The notes under the pieces were generated by a model, which searched no databases, had not been told where the DNA came from, and worked only from the letters and a program-made list of their open reading frames with translations. Shown here in pieces: positions 23,601-35,950 of a stretch of DNA of 64,000 nt; the stretch's first letter is position 1, and the number at the start of each line of letters is the position of its first letter. Source of the DNA: Lama guanicoe (Eukaryota); contig MU054466.1 of assembly GCA_013239625.1 (NCBI GenBank), forward strand, positions 248,001 to 312,000, written 5' to 3'. The translations under genes and the position numbers were made by a program.

Positions 23601-26600
23601 AGGAATCTCCAACTGGGATAAAGAGGTGGGCGTGTCTCGTCCACATCGCGGGGCCCTCGGGGATGGCGGCCACCCCCGGCCAGGAGAGGGCGCTTGGCCA
23701 GGGTGAAAACAAAAAGCCCCTGTGAGCCAGGGGACCAAGTGCCAGGAGGGTCCCCGTCACGGGCGGGCAGGCGGGGACAGCAGGGCCTCAGTGCCAGGCC
23801 AAGCCTGCACCACGCCGCACTCGTTTTGAAAAAGATCAAAACACAGAGCAAAGCAAATATTTATTAAAATGAAACCACTTTTGTGACTCCTGGGCTTTGG
23901 GAGAAGCTGAGAAAACAAACAGGGCTCTGAGGGAGGTTTGGGAGCAGCCCGGGCGGCCCGCGGTCGGTTCCAGTGGAGCCGGCGTCGTGCCTTTTTTCCA
24001 TGAAACACATCACGCTTTCAGAGCCCAAGTCTCCCTGTCGCTGGTTTGAAGGCAGGTCTGAGGGAGTGAATTTTCCAATTGGAAAGTGGGGCTGGGCCTG
24101 CGTGAAGACAGGGAGTGGGCGGCGGGGCGCGGGCCAGGCGGGCGGGCCGGCAGCTCACCTACCTCACCCCTCATGTACACGCAGACTGGGCTGGCCTCAC
24201 ACGGCTGCTCCAGACACTCCCTGCAAGGACAGAAGAGAAAGCGCCACAGGTGGCTGCTGCCGGGGGGCACGGGGGCCCTCTGGACGGTACCCAGCCAGTC
24301 ACCGTGGAAAACTGCCCGCCCTGACTGCCCCCATGGCTGGCCGTCAGCAAGTGGCCTGGGGGTGTCTCCCACCTGCCTCCAGGCCCAGAGCACAAGAAGG
24401 ACACAGAGCAGGGGCACAAGCCTCGGGTCACTGTCAACTGTGCTTGGGGTTGGCAGTGAAAACCTCCCAGGGACCCTGAGAAGCAGCAGTAGCACTTGGC
24501 ACGAACCCACTATGTGGACTCTGAGGGGGGCTTGGGGGTGACACCAAGACAAATGGGGCAGCGGAGGGGTGGACACCGCCACCAACGTCCTCCCCTGTAA
24601 ACCAGAGCTTAAGATGGGAGGGAAGGGCACCGGGAAGGACAGGTGGACAGGCTTGAGGATGCGGGTGAGCGGGCACACAATGTCACCCACACCCACGGGA
24701 CAGCCATCCCCACCGCGCACCGACCTGCGCTGGCCCTCGAGGTTATGGGGCACCGCGTGGCCGAGCCCTGACTCAGGATGGTTAAATGGCTGGCAGCAGG
24801 CCTGTGACAACCAAGTAAAGTTGAGTCCTACATCTCCTGACACAGAACTACAGAACTGGCGCCCAGATTGACGCCCCAGGCCCCAGGGCTCACACGGACA
24901 CACCCCGCCAGGACGGGGGAGAGTGGCTGGCTGTGACTGCACACGGACGCTCCAAACACTGGTGACCGCACACTCCGTGTGGGCTCAGCTCCTTTCGCCA
25001 CCTGTCTCTCTCATTCACTTTCAGTTTTTGCTTCTGTGTGTTTCCCTGGGCGAGGACACACAGCCCAGAGCCTGCTGCAGGGGCCCCGGGAGGAGATCGG
25101 CCCACGCTCTCCCCAAGCCTGTGCTTTACCAAGAAGCTGCTCCCCAGGGAAGGCTTCCGGCCCTCAACCAGGACAACGAGCAACGCAGGGCAGCCATGGT
25201 AGGTGTGGCCCTGCACACGCGGCAGGGCCAGGTCATGACCCAAACGGCGGGGGAACTGGCCCACCAAGCCCCAGCAACCCCCGGCCTCAAGAAAACCCGA
25301 GACTCCGAAGCACCAGGGAGACGACCCCAGCTGGGCCTGCGCGCTCTTTGTCCTGAGGCCAATACAGAGAAGGAGCGAGGGAGGTGCGCTCCAGCAAACA
25401 GGGTCGCAGGACCAGGAGGGGGAAGGAGGTGGGGAGACGTGGGGGTCCCCTTTCTCCCAAGGGCGACAGAGACAAACACCTGGGCTCAGAAAGCGGGCTG
25501 ACCGCCCATCACGGGACAAGCGGGGTCCCCTCTGCTCTCAGGGTCTCCGGCCAGGAGTCCTCACCAGAGATCCCTGCCCAGGGCACCCGATGGTGACACG
25601 GGGGACCACAAATCATAAACAGGGATAACGCACGGCAGCGCCCGGGAAGGCCTGCTTGCCTGCCGCCCTCAGAGGCCTTGGACATCAAACAGCCGCGGCT
25701 TTGATGTCGGCTCCTCCAGGGGGATCAGGTTCCCGAGTGTGGGATCTGAGGAGAGGCCTGTAAACACGCCGAGGGGAGGAGTGGCCGCGATCGCTTCCAG
25801 ACCTTCTCGGCCGATTAGCAGCCTCTCCCATCCACGCGCAAGATCAGGGACCTGGGCGTTCCAGGGCGTGAGGGAGGAGAGCCGCCCCTCCCCCAGTAGG
25901 TCTTGCTGAAGGTCTGCGGGTCTCCAAGGGAGCTCAGCAGGGCTCCCGGGACCCCTGGACCCTGGACCTGCTCCCACACCCCTGCCCGGGCAGAGCCACG
26001 GGGCGCCACTTGGCCTGGAAGACGGTGCCGGGGGTGATTGGTGGGGTCTTGTTCCCTCTAAGGCCAGCAAACCTGTGCCTGTGGCCGGGCCAGGGGCCGG
26101 GTGGGGCGGGGGCTGCGGCTGCTGTGTTCTTCACCCCCGCAGAGAGGCCACCTCCTGGGCTTGGGCCGTGACACCAGGAGCCTTCCCTGCAGAGATGCCC
26201 AAGAAGCAGAGGTGAGACTGGCCAGCCCACTCGAGGCCAGTGTTATCTACGGCGGGTACCGGCCCACGTGGGCACGAAGCATGCCCAGAGCCGGCACGGG
26301 GGAGGCCGGCTCCAAGTGTGAGAGCTCCTACCAACAACAACATGGAACACCTCCTCCCCCACTGGCCGCGTGCACAGAGAGCGGCACCTGGGACACGCCG
26401 GGCTGAGTTAACTGTGTTCCTGAGATTAACTGCGCCTGCTTTCACTTTCCTTTGCTGTGGCTGCCAGAACACTCTGAATCACCTCTGTGTCCGCACATGT
26501 GGCCCACGTGGCCCAAACACTGGACAATTAGTTGCTCCAGATGCTGGGGTCAGAGCTGGTCACCATCCACCCTGATCCCCAGGCAAAGGAGCCGCCGCCT

Positions 26601-29600
26601 GACCAAGAGTGGACCTGTGCTCACCCACTACGGCTCCCGGCCACGCCCGGCACACCAGCAGCTCTCAGACACTTACCTCCTCCTGGAAGCTTCCTGTGAG
26701 AAAAACCAGCTTCCCGCCCATCCCACTGTGGGGACCCCAAGACTTGGGCTTCCCAGAGCTGCCAGTCCCCAGGTGTCAGGGGGCCGCCCCACGTTGGCAG
26801 GGCCCCGCAGTGGTGGGCGGCTGACTGCACTCCTGCTCGGCCGCAGCGCAGCCTCACCAGCTCATCTGGTATCTGGCCACGACGTGGGGGCCGAAGACGC
26901 CACCCACCCTTGCTCATCTGAACCCTACTTCAAACACCAGCTTCCAAGAAAAGGCCTGGATCCGTGCTCCTGGAGATGACGCCCAGGCAAGTCCTGGTCT
27001 GCAGGTCCAGCAATGCCGCCTCTAGAGTGACAGCAGAGAAATGACCAGCTGCCTGACATCAGTGGGCAGGCAGCACACATAACAGGAAACAAGGCCGCAG
27101 GAGTGTCCAGGAAGACAAGATGGAGTCACAGCAGAAGAGAGGGTGGAGGACACCCCCCCACATGATCACCCCCAGGGCCTGCCTCCTCCTGTTGTCACCC
27201 TGCTCTTCTGCCATTGCCCCGCCACCCCCAACCCGTCCTATTCCTTACATCTTAAGCCCAGCTTACCAAGTCAGCCAGTCCTGAGAGGCTCGTGTGAACC
27301 AGCGTTCCCAGAACCTTGGTGCCCTCCCCAGAGGCAGGCCCCGGCCGCCTGGCCAGTGGCCTGAGAGCCAGGGGAACTTCGGCCATCGTGACCGCACGGT
27401 GACCCAGGCTCCCCTGTGCGGGCAGCTGAGGAGCCACCGGCCTTGCTGCCCCGGGCCACTCCTCATTTTGGTGGGAACAGCCTGAGCAGAGGGCCCCAGA
27501 GGCACCTGCGTCCAACGTCTGCTGCCCCAAGGGGCCCCCTCCGCTCCCCGTGCCCCACGTCTGCTCCTCCCAGGTGGATCCGCCCAGCTGCCCTGCGACG
27601 GAGCAGACCTAGCAGCTAACTTGGAGGGTACATACGGTACACACACGACCTTCCGAGTCCAAAGATGGCTTTGTTCCACCCTCACCCCTCAGTAATCTGG
27701 CAAAACAGAGAATTCTAGAACAGGTCAATTTCCTGCGGCATGCTGAAGGCACCGCTCGGCCACCTTGCTGGTGGGGCCACAGGGAGCCCGAGGCCTGTGG
27801 AATCAGCCCTCGAGCCGAGCTCCAGAGGCGTCCCACCGGTCCAGGCACAGGAGGCCGTCACCCTGGAAACACACACCTTCAGTTCCAGGACTGTTTACCG
27901 TCTCCCGTTTCCTCTTGTGCCCCTCTGTTCTCTTTCCAGAGACGCAGCAGCAGGAGCCACATCCTGGCCTTCCGGCTCCCCCTCCTCCGGCCTCCCTCTG
28001 AGTGGTGGGCCGCTTGGCTCTGCAGCTGCTCCCCAGGAGGCACCTCAGCCAAGACGGCAGGGACCCTGCGCCCCAGGTCCAAGCGTCTCGTGGCCCCACA
28101 TGCCCTCAGGCGTCTGCCACCACTGCAGATCAGCCAGGCCGGCTGACCCTTGGGCACACGAGCAGCTCCGCAGCACCTCGTCACGGGTGGCTGGCGCTGA
28201 CCACTGCACCTCCCACTGCGGCTCTCCTTTACGTCCCAAGCACCCTTTCTTGTCACTGAGCATTCCCTTTCCACGGCACCCAGCCCCAGTTCCAACAGCT
28301 TCTCCCTCCTGGGAGAACAGGACCAAACGCCACCACCCATCCCAACAGTGGCCATCTCTTCCTGGCTGTCCGTGCTGGCCTCTCACAGTAGTCGTCTTGC
28401 TCAGACAACTGGGCACACTTGGCTGTGGCTCTCGTTTACACCTGGGGCCCTGGCCGCAGTGCAGCTGCCTGTCATTTTCTGGGTGGGGACCTGGGGAGCC
28501 ACCCAGGCCCACCATCGGGAGCTGCCGGTGCTCCGGGAGCCACATGGGGGGGCTCAGGCTCACCTGACCCCTGTTCTCGGGACAGGGCTCACAGCCCCAG
28601 CCGTGCAGGCAACCCCAGTCCAGAGAGCCTACCCTGCCCAGGGATCCACCTCTGGCACCAGCAGCGTGGAGTGGGAGGGGATCCAGGACCCCATCTCATC
28701 GAGCACCTGCCCTGGCCCCCCCCCACGTCCTGTGCCATCACTGCCTCAGCTCCGTGCTCACTCTGTCCGTCTTCCAGGCTGTGTCTCTGCACGGTCCCCT
28801 GAGGTCATTTTAGAAGCTTTCTGGGATGGAGAAGAATCACACGCTGGCTTCCAAGCGTTCCTCCCACTCCTCCTTGCTGCCCCCAGGCCTTTGCACTTGC
28901 TGCCCCTGGACCCAGATGGCTCCTTCCCTGCGCCTGGTGCATCTGGCTCCTCCAAGACCTCCCCCCCCCACGGCGTTTTGCCTTCCCTGTGAAATCTGAC
29001 TGCTCTGTACACCTGCCTGTCACTTCTGGGAGACGAGCACCCAGCTCCCTGCTGTAGACCCAGCCCGGCCCGCGCTGAGTAAGCGAAAGAATGCAGGAGA
29101 AACGGAGGCAGAGACCCCACCGCCTCGGCAGCACAACAGCTAAGAAGGCCAGTGCTGGCACCCGGGCCCCGGTCTCCGAGGAGCCCGCGCTCCTCCGGGT
29201 CTCCATCCCCTCGGCTGAAACAAGGGCACCAGCAGCCCGACCGCCCAGCTGGCGGCAGGCGCCAAGGACAGCACAGGCAAGTGGCGGCCTGTGTGCTCAT
29301 CTCGGCGGCAGCGGGTGGGGTCACCCTAGTGGGGGCGGGGAGCTCTCTCAGGAGAGTGGCCGGGAGGGCAGAGGCTGGCCGAGGGTCGGAGGAGCAAGGA
29401 GGGACCCCTGGGTCTCATCACAGGAGGAGCTGGGCAAGAGGGGCCACCAGCACACGAGGTGGGCAGAGGAGCCCATCCGGGCGGCGTGGGCCAGCGAGCA
29501 GGAATCTGGCTGTGGGCGCCACGGTCAGATCAACCAGGCCGGAGCAGGCTTTCCTACAGTGAGGCCCCATCACCGGGGGCCCTGCCCAGAGCCCCCCCTT

Positions 29601-32600
29601 CCACAGAGACAAACCATGCGCCAGGCCCTGACACCAGCACTTGAGACACATTAGCTCATCTCATCTTCACATCACCCCTCGGAGGCCCAGAGAGGGCAAG
29701 CAACTTGCCCACGGCCACACAGCAACCAGTACACTCTCCCACGGTCCCTTCCACGCTGTTGGCAAAGATCTTTAAAAGCAGACACACTTTCGTCCCACAG
29801 TGAAAAACCAAAGCTTGAAAGACTACCGTTTCGACACACTGAGGAGCAAAGTTTAAGCCATTAATCACCAGATAGAAGCTGGCAAGCTCGTCCAGGAGAA
29901 CTATGACCAGCTGTCACACAGGAAACCCAGCAAGAAAGACAGGCCACTGGCAACCAGCACCTGCTGCTACAGCTGATGAACAACGGCCCGTCTCCCCACA
30001 CCAGTTCTCTTACCAGGGCCACAAAGCCCAGCGGCACAGCCTCCGGCACAGGCACAGCTCGGGCTTGTGGTCGAGACCAGTCCCGCTGATCGTGGCTGCA
30101 TCCCTGCCACAGAGGGTGGCAGAGCCTGGAACCTACCCTCTGACACTTACCTGATCTGTGCAAAATGGCTGAGAAGCTCCCAGAGCGTCTGGCCTGAACA
30201 GAAAGTATCTTGCAACCTGGAGCCATCATCCAGCTGCAGAGCTATACGCACCTGCGGGGGAGACGTGGAACCCAGTTAGGGAGAGCAGCGGGTCCCACTG
30301 GGCTGGGTCTGATCCTCATGGGGCCGGCGGAGGGCATGCCCCATCTCCGGGGCTCCGGGGGCCTCACGGGCACGTGGGAGCCAACACCAGGGTACGTGCC
30401 GCTCCTCCGCACACGCTCTGCCAAACCTGCAAACGTCTGTTTGCTGTTGTGTCTCAAGGGGCCAAGTTTTGGAGTAATTCGTTACATGACAGACAACTAA
30501 CATGCTGTGTTCGCTGAATTCTTCTCACAAATGACGACGCTGCTTTCTAGTCCATCTTTAACAACTGTCTCCCTAAATTAAGACACGAGTCTATAACCCA
30601 AAAGGGGGGAAGTGCTCTCCTGTCTCTCTGCCTAGTGAGACACACGCAGAGCAGCACGGGCAAGCAAACTGGAGCACGGGGCTGGGCCTCGGCCGGCTCG
30701 GCGGGCCCGCCCGCCCCGCCGGCCCCACCCCGCCGGCCACGGCCCCACCCAGCCCACGGCCCACTCGCCCATGACCGCGCCCACAGGCCCCTGCCCAGCC
30801 GCTCTGACCCCGGGTCGAACGCTTGCCTTTCTAGGTTGTCGCTACTCCTGCCTTTCTGGCCCAGGGACTCTTCTTCAGGGGCACAACTATTTACGTGAAA
30901 TCCCAGTAACAAACAAAGGAGGACCTGCTCGTGGGAAAGTGCGAGGGGGTTTCCTAATCACACCCCAAGGAATCCCCAAGGGAAGTCAGGGTTCCTTCTA
31001 CATGAAAGGCTGAGAACCACAGCTGCCATGGAAAAAGAGGGGTACTAGGCTCAGCCCCCGCCGCTGACTCCCAGCGCGCTCTGGAGAGCGGACATTGCCC
31101 CCGGGCCCCAGACTCCTCGTCTCTAGACAGGGAGGAAAACCACTTCCCTGCTGTGCTGGGAGAACACATGGCTTTGCGTGTAAAGGACTCATGTAGGCAC
31201 AAGAGGGCAGCTAACGTGATTACAGTCTCCATCCACAGTGACCCAACCGTCACTCACTGAATCTCTGGGACCTAAAAGTTACTGATTTGGTCGAAGGCAG
31301 TGGGCTGCAGTTGGAAGACTTGGGCTGCGGTCTAGCCAAAACCTGTCCACAGAGGCCTGTGCCAGCTGTTTCCCCGTCCCACAACTGAGGCTGTGCTGGA
31401 CACCTCACAGAGCCCTGCGGGATCTAAGATTCTTGATGGTTTTATGACCAGAGACACCAGGTCACATGGTGAATGCTGCCAGCGCGGTGAGACAGACACA
31501 GCACAATTAATCACCCCACCACTCCAAAAACATTCAGCATAAGGAATGAAAAATCTCATCTCCAATCATCAGTTTTCAAAGCAGAAAAGTGGCCCCGGCT
31601 TGACCGATAGAAGGCAACCTCCCCCTGAGGATGGGTGCCTGGCTTGCAGGGTGCTCTTCCAGCAGCAGGCATGCCCTGCCCCTCTGCCGGGCCTGCCGAG
31701 CACCCTGCAGTCCAGCCTGAACGAGGGAGCCGGGAGAAGCAGTATGGCCGGCCCCTGCCTGAGCGCCACCTACCATGGTCTCGGGCCCCTCGCGGCTCCG
31801 GGAGATGGGCACCATCTCCAGCTTGGCGTTATTAGGCAGGTTGGCAAATCTCCACTGGAGAGAGAGGTCAAGCACATTTCTCTGAAACCTGAAAAACAGA
31901 CCAGAGCCTTGGGCTGCCTGCAGACCCAAACACGCCCCTGTCCAGTCCCCATGCAGCCCAGCCAGGAGCAGGAAACAGGCAGTGAGGGCCGGCGCACAGA
32001 AACAGCAGGTCCCCAACCCCAGCACAGGGTCTCTGGAAGGAAAGAGAGTGAGCGCTGACAGCTCAAGCAAGAATGGAAGGAACACGGGCAAGTCACCCCT
32101 GGGCAAGCCAAGGGCCTGCTCCTCCACCCTGGGGAGCAGTGACCAGCCCGAAGACAGACCCAGAAAATTCCTAATAGAACAATGCCCTGTGGTTGAAGCA
32201 GTCCAGCCACGGTGATCACTCTCCCTGTAACTGGTCCCCAAAGACCAGTGACAGATGGCAAAGGTGCCAGAGAACCACACATGAAATGAGCCAGTCTGAA
32301 GTCCCTACGAAGAGCCAGGCCCTCATGGCAGCCAAGAGTCGCAAAGCCAGGGCCTCCCAGCCTGGAGCAGCCCATCAGTCTCTGTGTCCCTGTCCCGCAG
32401 GTATCAGCTGCCGCGTGGGGACCTGGCAGCTTTAAGCTTCCAATGGATGAGGAAGAGGCCCACACCGGCCTGCAGCCTCTTCTGATCCTCACGCACAGAG
32501 CTCCTGGGTCCACGGCGGGACAGTATCCTGGGAGGAAGTGGGGGGAGCAAAGTGAACTGGTGAGTCAGGAAGGGGAATAACCCAGGCCAGGAGAAGAGGG

Positions 32601-35477
32601 CGGGTGGAGAATCCAGGGACCTCAAGACCCCTGCTGTCTCTACTGGCAGCTTGCCCTCCTGGGAAGTGAGGCCAGGATCATGGTCAGCACGTGTCACGAA
32701 CAGGAAACTTAGATGAGAAGTGCCGACAGGTGGCCCTGGCCAACCAAAGGCAGCGCTGGGACCATGTGCAGCTCCTAATGTCCAGCTCAGATCACATCTC
32801 GTCTGTGGACAGACAAGGAGTCTGACACCTCTTTGGGAAAGAGGAAAGAGAGGAGAGCATGGGGGCCTCGGAGACCCGGACCCAGACCCACGCCCGTGGG
32901 CAGGGAGGGTGGCGGCCAGGCAGCTAGAGCCTGCCTGACCCTGGGCCCTCTCCTCACGACCCCCTTAGCTCCCAGGAACCCTACAGGAATGAGAACCACC
33001 ACTGTTAACCCTCACATCACTTGAGTCTGAGAAAAGCTCCCGCCCCCAGCAGAAGACACTACTGCCGTGTGGCCTCCACTTTGGATGAGACAGACAGTGG
33101 CCAGAATGAATCACCAGGAGAGTGAATAAAAGAACTTATTCACACCTCTCAAAAGTCAGGCTCTGAGCTCTATTTTTACTGAAGTTGAGGGAAAAAACTA
33201 CAGTATTGGCGAGAGAATGTGAGATCTGAACACACACAAAGTGGTCACTGGACTGCATGAATGCCAAGGTGCCTGTGCAAACACCGGTTTTCTGAGCAGA
33301 ACAGTTCATGAAGCCTGGGGCGTCTGGAAGACCTGGGAAACGAACAACTTTGATACCCATCTTCAACAACTTCAACGCTGAGTGCAAGACAGAACAGCAG
33401 ACCTAAGGAGACCCTGACGGCAGTGGGCTGGGAAGCTCTAGAGGCGACAGGAAGGGGTCTCGTGCACAAGCGCACATACACATGTGCGAGGAACTGCCTT
33501 CCTCAGCAGTGGCCGTGGCTTTTTAAACAAATTACACGGTCAGCGGATAAAAGGGAGATAGTAGAAAAACTGATACGTGTGTGAAAGAGACTCAACATTC
33601 CGACTAACTCCCATCAGACACCATGCAGAGGCCTCAGGTAGATTCAGGGAAAGCAGAGAGGGTGTGCGGCTCTGTGACAGGGCCCCAGGGGGACGGCCCA
33701 ACATGGCCCTGGGATTCTCAGTGGCTAGCCATAAGGCAGGGATCCTGGATGACGTGAGGGCACGTTCACTCAGGACCCCACTCTGGAGAGCCCCACAGAA
33801 GAGGCAGCACGGGCGGGCCTAACAGAGTAGGCCCTCCTGCCTTGGGAGGACAGCCACACCTTGAAGGACATACTGCTAAACTACAACTCCAGGGGCTGTA
33901 AGGCCATCAGAACCACCTACAGTTTGCAAGTTTCTTCCCATTTCTGTGACCACAGCCTCATGCCCTCAGAGCCCCACCAGGAACTTACACAACCTAATGC
34001 TCGAAAACCCACTGGCAGTGGGTGGAATGGTGGCCCCCAAAAACATACATCCACATCCTAGACCCCAGGACTCACGAACGTGACTTCATTTGGAAACAAG
34101 GCCTTTGAAAATGTGATAAAGGATCTCGAGGTGAGGTCACCCTGGATTATCTGGTAGGCCTTAAATCCAAAGACAAATGTCCTTACAAGAGACGGAAGAG
34201 GAGAAAGACAATACACAGGGAGCAGGGAGGCAGAGACAGGAAGGAGGTGACCATAAGCCCATGGAGGCCTGGGCCCCCAGAAGTTGGAAGGGACAAGACA
34301 TGGTCCTGCCCCTGAACTCTGGAGGGAGTGTGGCCCTGCCAACACCTTCGTAGGGGGCTTCTGGGCTCCAGATGGTGAGAGAATAAACTTGTGTTGGTTT
34401 AAGCCCCAGCGGGACCCTGGGGGAGGAGGGGATGGACTTGGACCCTGTAGCCACCCAGAGCACACTCACTTCAGGTCATATTCGTTGGGGTTGAAGTCCT
34501 GCCGCCGGCACGTGTCCTCCAGGACCTGGGGGTGAGATGAGGGCATGAGCCACTGGTCTAGCCTGGTCACCTCCCCCCACCAGTGCGGCGGGGCAGTCAA
34601 GTGGCACTGAAGCAGCTGAAGGCACAGAGTCCGCCTCCTGGAAAGCTGGTTGGCTCTGCCGGACAAAGCCTAGTACAAGCCACGAGACTGACTACCCACG
34701 CAAAAGCTTCACACGCCTCCCCTGCAAATCCTGCTCACGCTGGTCCTCCTCATGGACCTGTCTTGTCATCCCAGCTCGGCGGGACCCTCCACACCTTCCC
34801 AAGGCCACAAACTATCTTCCCACACACCCCAGGAGGTCCCCTCCCCACTTTCAGAAAGCCAGCCCCACTGAGCCCTGGGGAGCCCTCCAAGGCAGGACCT
34901 CCCCCCTTCCGGGCCCTGCACGCACTGAGCTATTCTACATCGGCTCAGCACCCCCGCCCCACCTAGTGTGCGCACCGTCCCCTACACAGCTGGGCCCAAT
35001 GAGCATTTTCAATGACGTAGGCCAGCTGCCGGGTGCAGTGCAGCGAGTGACTCAGCACACCCGGCCACAGCGCCCCGGGCGGGAGGGCGCCCCTGGAGGC
35101 TGGGCCGCGGAATCGGGTGGCGGTGGCAGGGAGCGCGATCCCCGCCAGCCTCTTGGGGCGGCACGCCTGCCCCCTCCCCGCAGGGACCCGGAGCCCCGCG
35201 CCCGGCGCGGAAGTGGGCGGGCCCGCCGCGCCAGGAGGCCGCTCATTGGCCGCCGCAGGACCCGCCCCGCAGGTCCGCCCGGCCCGGCCCCGCAGGCCCC
35301 CGGAGCAACCGCAGGAGCGGCCCGCGCCGCGTCCCCGCCGCCCCGTCCGCACCCGCCGCCCGCCTGCGGCCGCACCTGCAGCAGCACGGTGCTCGGCGTC
35401 ACCTTCACGGTGTGCCGCCGCCCGTTCGGAGCCAGCACCGACACCGCGGAGCCCCCGCCGCCTGCCGGGGCCGCCAT
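8685..35477 (-). CDS. ASPSCR1: ASPSCR1/TUG/UBXD9, tether containing UBX domain for GLUT4, 551 aa; exons 35477-35376, 34525-34470, 31888-31774, 30251-30151, 24220-24163, 23187-23114, 22753-22330, 14485-14346, 14136-14055, 13754-13688, 13071-13009, 12537-12485, 9411-9360, 9109-9040, 8965-8781, 8698-8685
   Basis: MAAPAGGGGSAVSVLAPNGRRHTVKVTPSTVLLQ...; 16 exons total 1656 nt in frame; UBL domains, LGLTGG/S cleavage motif at G164-S165, SHP-like FVPFSGGGQRLGG, ELPDEFF, UBX (VLRVLFPDR...FRPSETVGDLRDFV...IAPPK...LFPAALVHF), C-terminus KVPKWLKLPAGKR*. Confidence 0.97.
8919..8942 (-). repeat. CCG/CCA trinucleotide tract encoding a poly-proline run in ASPSCR1 exon 15
   Basis: GGCGGCGGTGGCGGCGGTGGTGG on + encodes the prolines of [12 protein letters not shown]. 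Confidence 0.8.
18919..19895. promoter_or_regulatory. Candidate Wnt/TCF-LEF enhancer (six CTTTGAW sites) in ASPSCR1 intron 7
   Basis: Sites at 18919-18925, 19341-19347, 19445-19451, 19543-19549 (AGATCAAAGG), 19708-19714, 19889-19895. Function is inferred from motifs only. Confidence 0.6.
20570..21735 (+). mobile_element. Ancient L1 (L1M-type) remnant: ORF2 RT-region fossil about 20570-21060 and 3' end about 21640-21735
   Basis: CACCACACAAACAAACTGAAGG...GTCATCTC...TTGATAAAGG...ACATCATCCTTCAGGTAAA...CAAGCAGGGACGCCCACT tracks L1 ORF2; GTAAGTTATACCTCAACAGAGCT resembles an L1ME terminus. Highly diverged. Confidence 0.6.
22330..22366 (-). repeat. (GAGCCG)n hexamer repeat encoding EPQPEPEPEPEP at the end of ASPSCR1 exon 7
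   Basis: GGCTCC x4 followed by GGCTGGGGCTCC on +, directly abutting the donor site. Confidence 0.85.
25681..25708. promoter_or_regulatory. Palindromic paired TCF/LEF site in ASPSCR1 intron 4
   Basis: GACATCAAAC-A-GCCGCGGC-TTTGATGTC: two inverted ACATCAAA motifs around a GC palindrome. Confidence 0.55.
30440..30502 (+). mobile_element. MaLR (MLT1-like) LTR 3' fragment
   Basis: GCCAAGTTTTGGAGTAATTCGTTACATGACAGACAACTAACA resembles the MLT1 LTR terminus. Confidence 0.5.
34017..34410 (+). mobile_element. MaLR LTR (MLT1 family) in ASPSCR1 intron 2
   Basis: GGGTGGAATGGTGGCCCCCAAAA...GTGACTTCATTTGGAAACAAGGCCTTTG...CTGGATTATCTGGTAGGCCTTAAATCCAA...GGAGTGTGGCCCTGCCAACACC...GAGAATAAACTTGTGTTGGTTTAAGCC are typical MLT1 blocks. 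Confidence 0.85.
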
Positions 35478-35950
35478 CTTCCGTTCACGTGACCCACCGG
35501 CCCGGCGTCAAACAACTTTATCTGCAACAGCCGGACGCACAGCCACGCGGCCGCGGGGCGGGGACTGGGCGGGGCCAGCGCACGCTTCCGGGCCCTCCCT
35601 GCCCGGCCACGCCCCCTCCCGGCCACGCCCCCGGTGCTTTCGCAGGGCGGGGAAGCTGGAGTCCGACACCCGCCGGGCGGGGTCTCCCCAGCCGGGCATG
35701 TGGCCCTGGGTGCCGACCGGCCGTGCGGGCCATGAGCGCGCCGAGTCCTCGGCTCCCTGTCCCTGCCGGCCCGTCCTGGCCCCGCTGTCCCCCTTCCTAC
35801 CCGCTGTGGTCCAGAGGGGTGGAGTGAGGCCCCGCACCTCTGCGGAGTGGTTGGCTGCCAGCCCTGTGGGGTGGTGTGAAGGCCAGGAGGCGGCTGCGGG
35901 GAAAGGCGGGCCGGAAACTCCAGACCCGAGAGCAGACTCAGTAAAAGTCT
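34950..35950. promoter_or_regulatory. ASPSCR1 CpG-island promoter
   Basis: CpG-dense; YY1 motif GCCGCCATCTT 35470-35480 overlapping the ATG, ETS-like CTTCCG, E-box TCACGTGAC 35485-35493, GC boxes about 35555-35575. Confidence 0.85.

Noticed and set aside
8776-32434. Identical 17-mer GGGACCTGGCAGCTTTA at 8776 and 32418
   Set aside because: Similarity does not extend, and one such match is plausible by chance in 64 kb of GC-biased DNA.
32930-34000. Possible old LTR/L1 remnants in an AT-richer stretch
   Set aside because: Too degraded to assign a family or boundaries without a search.
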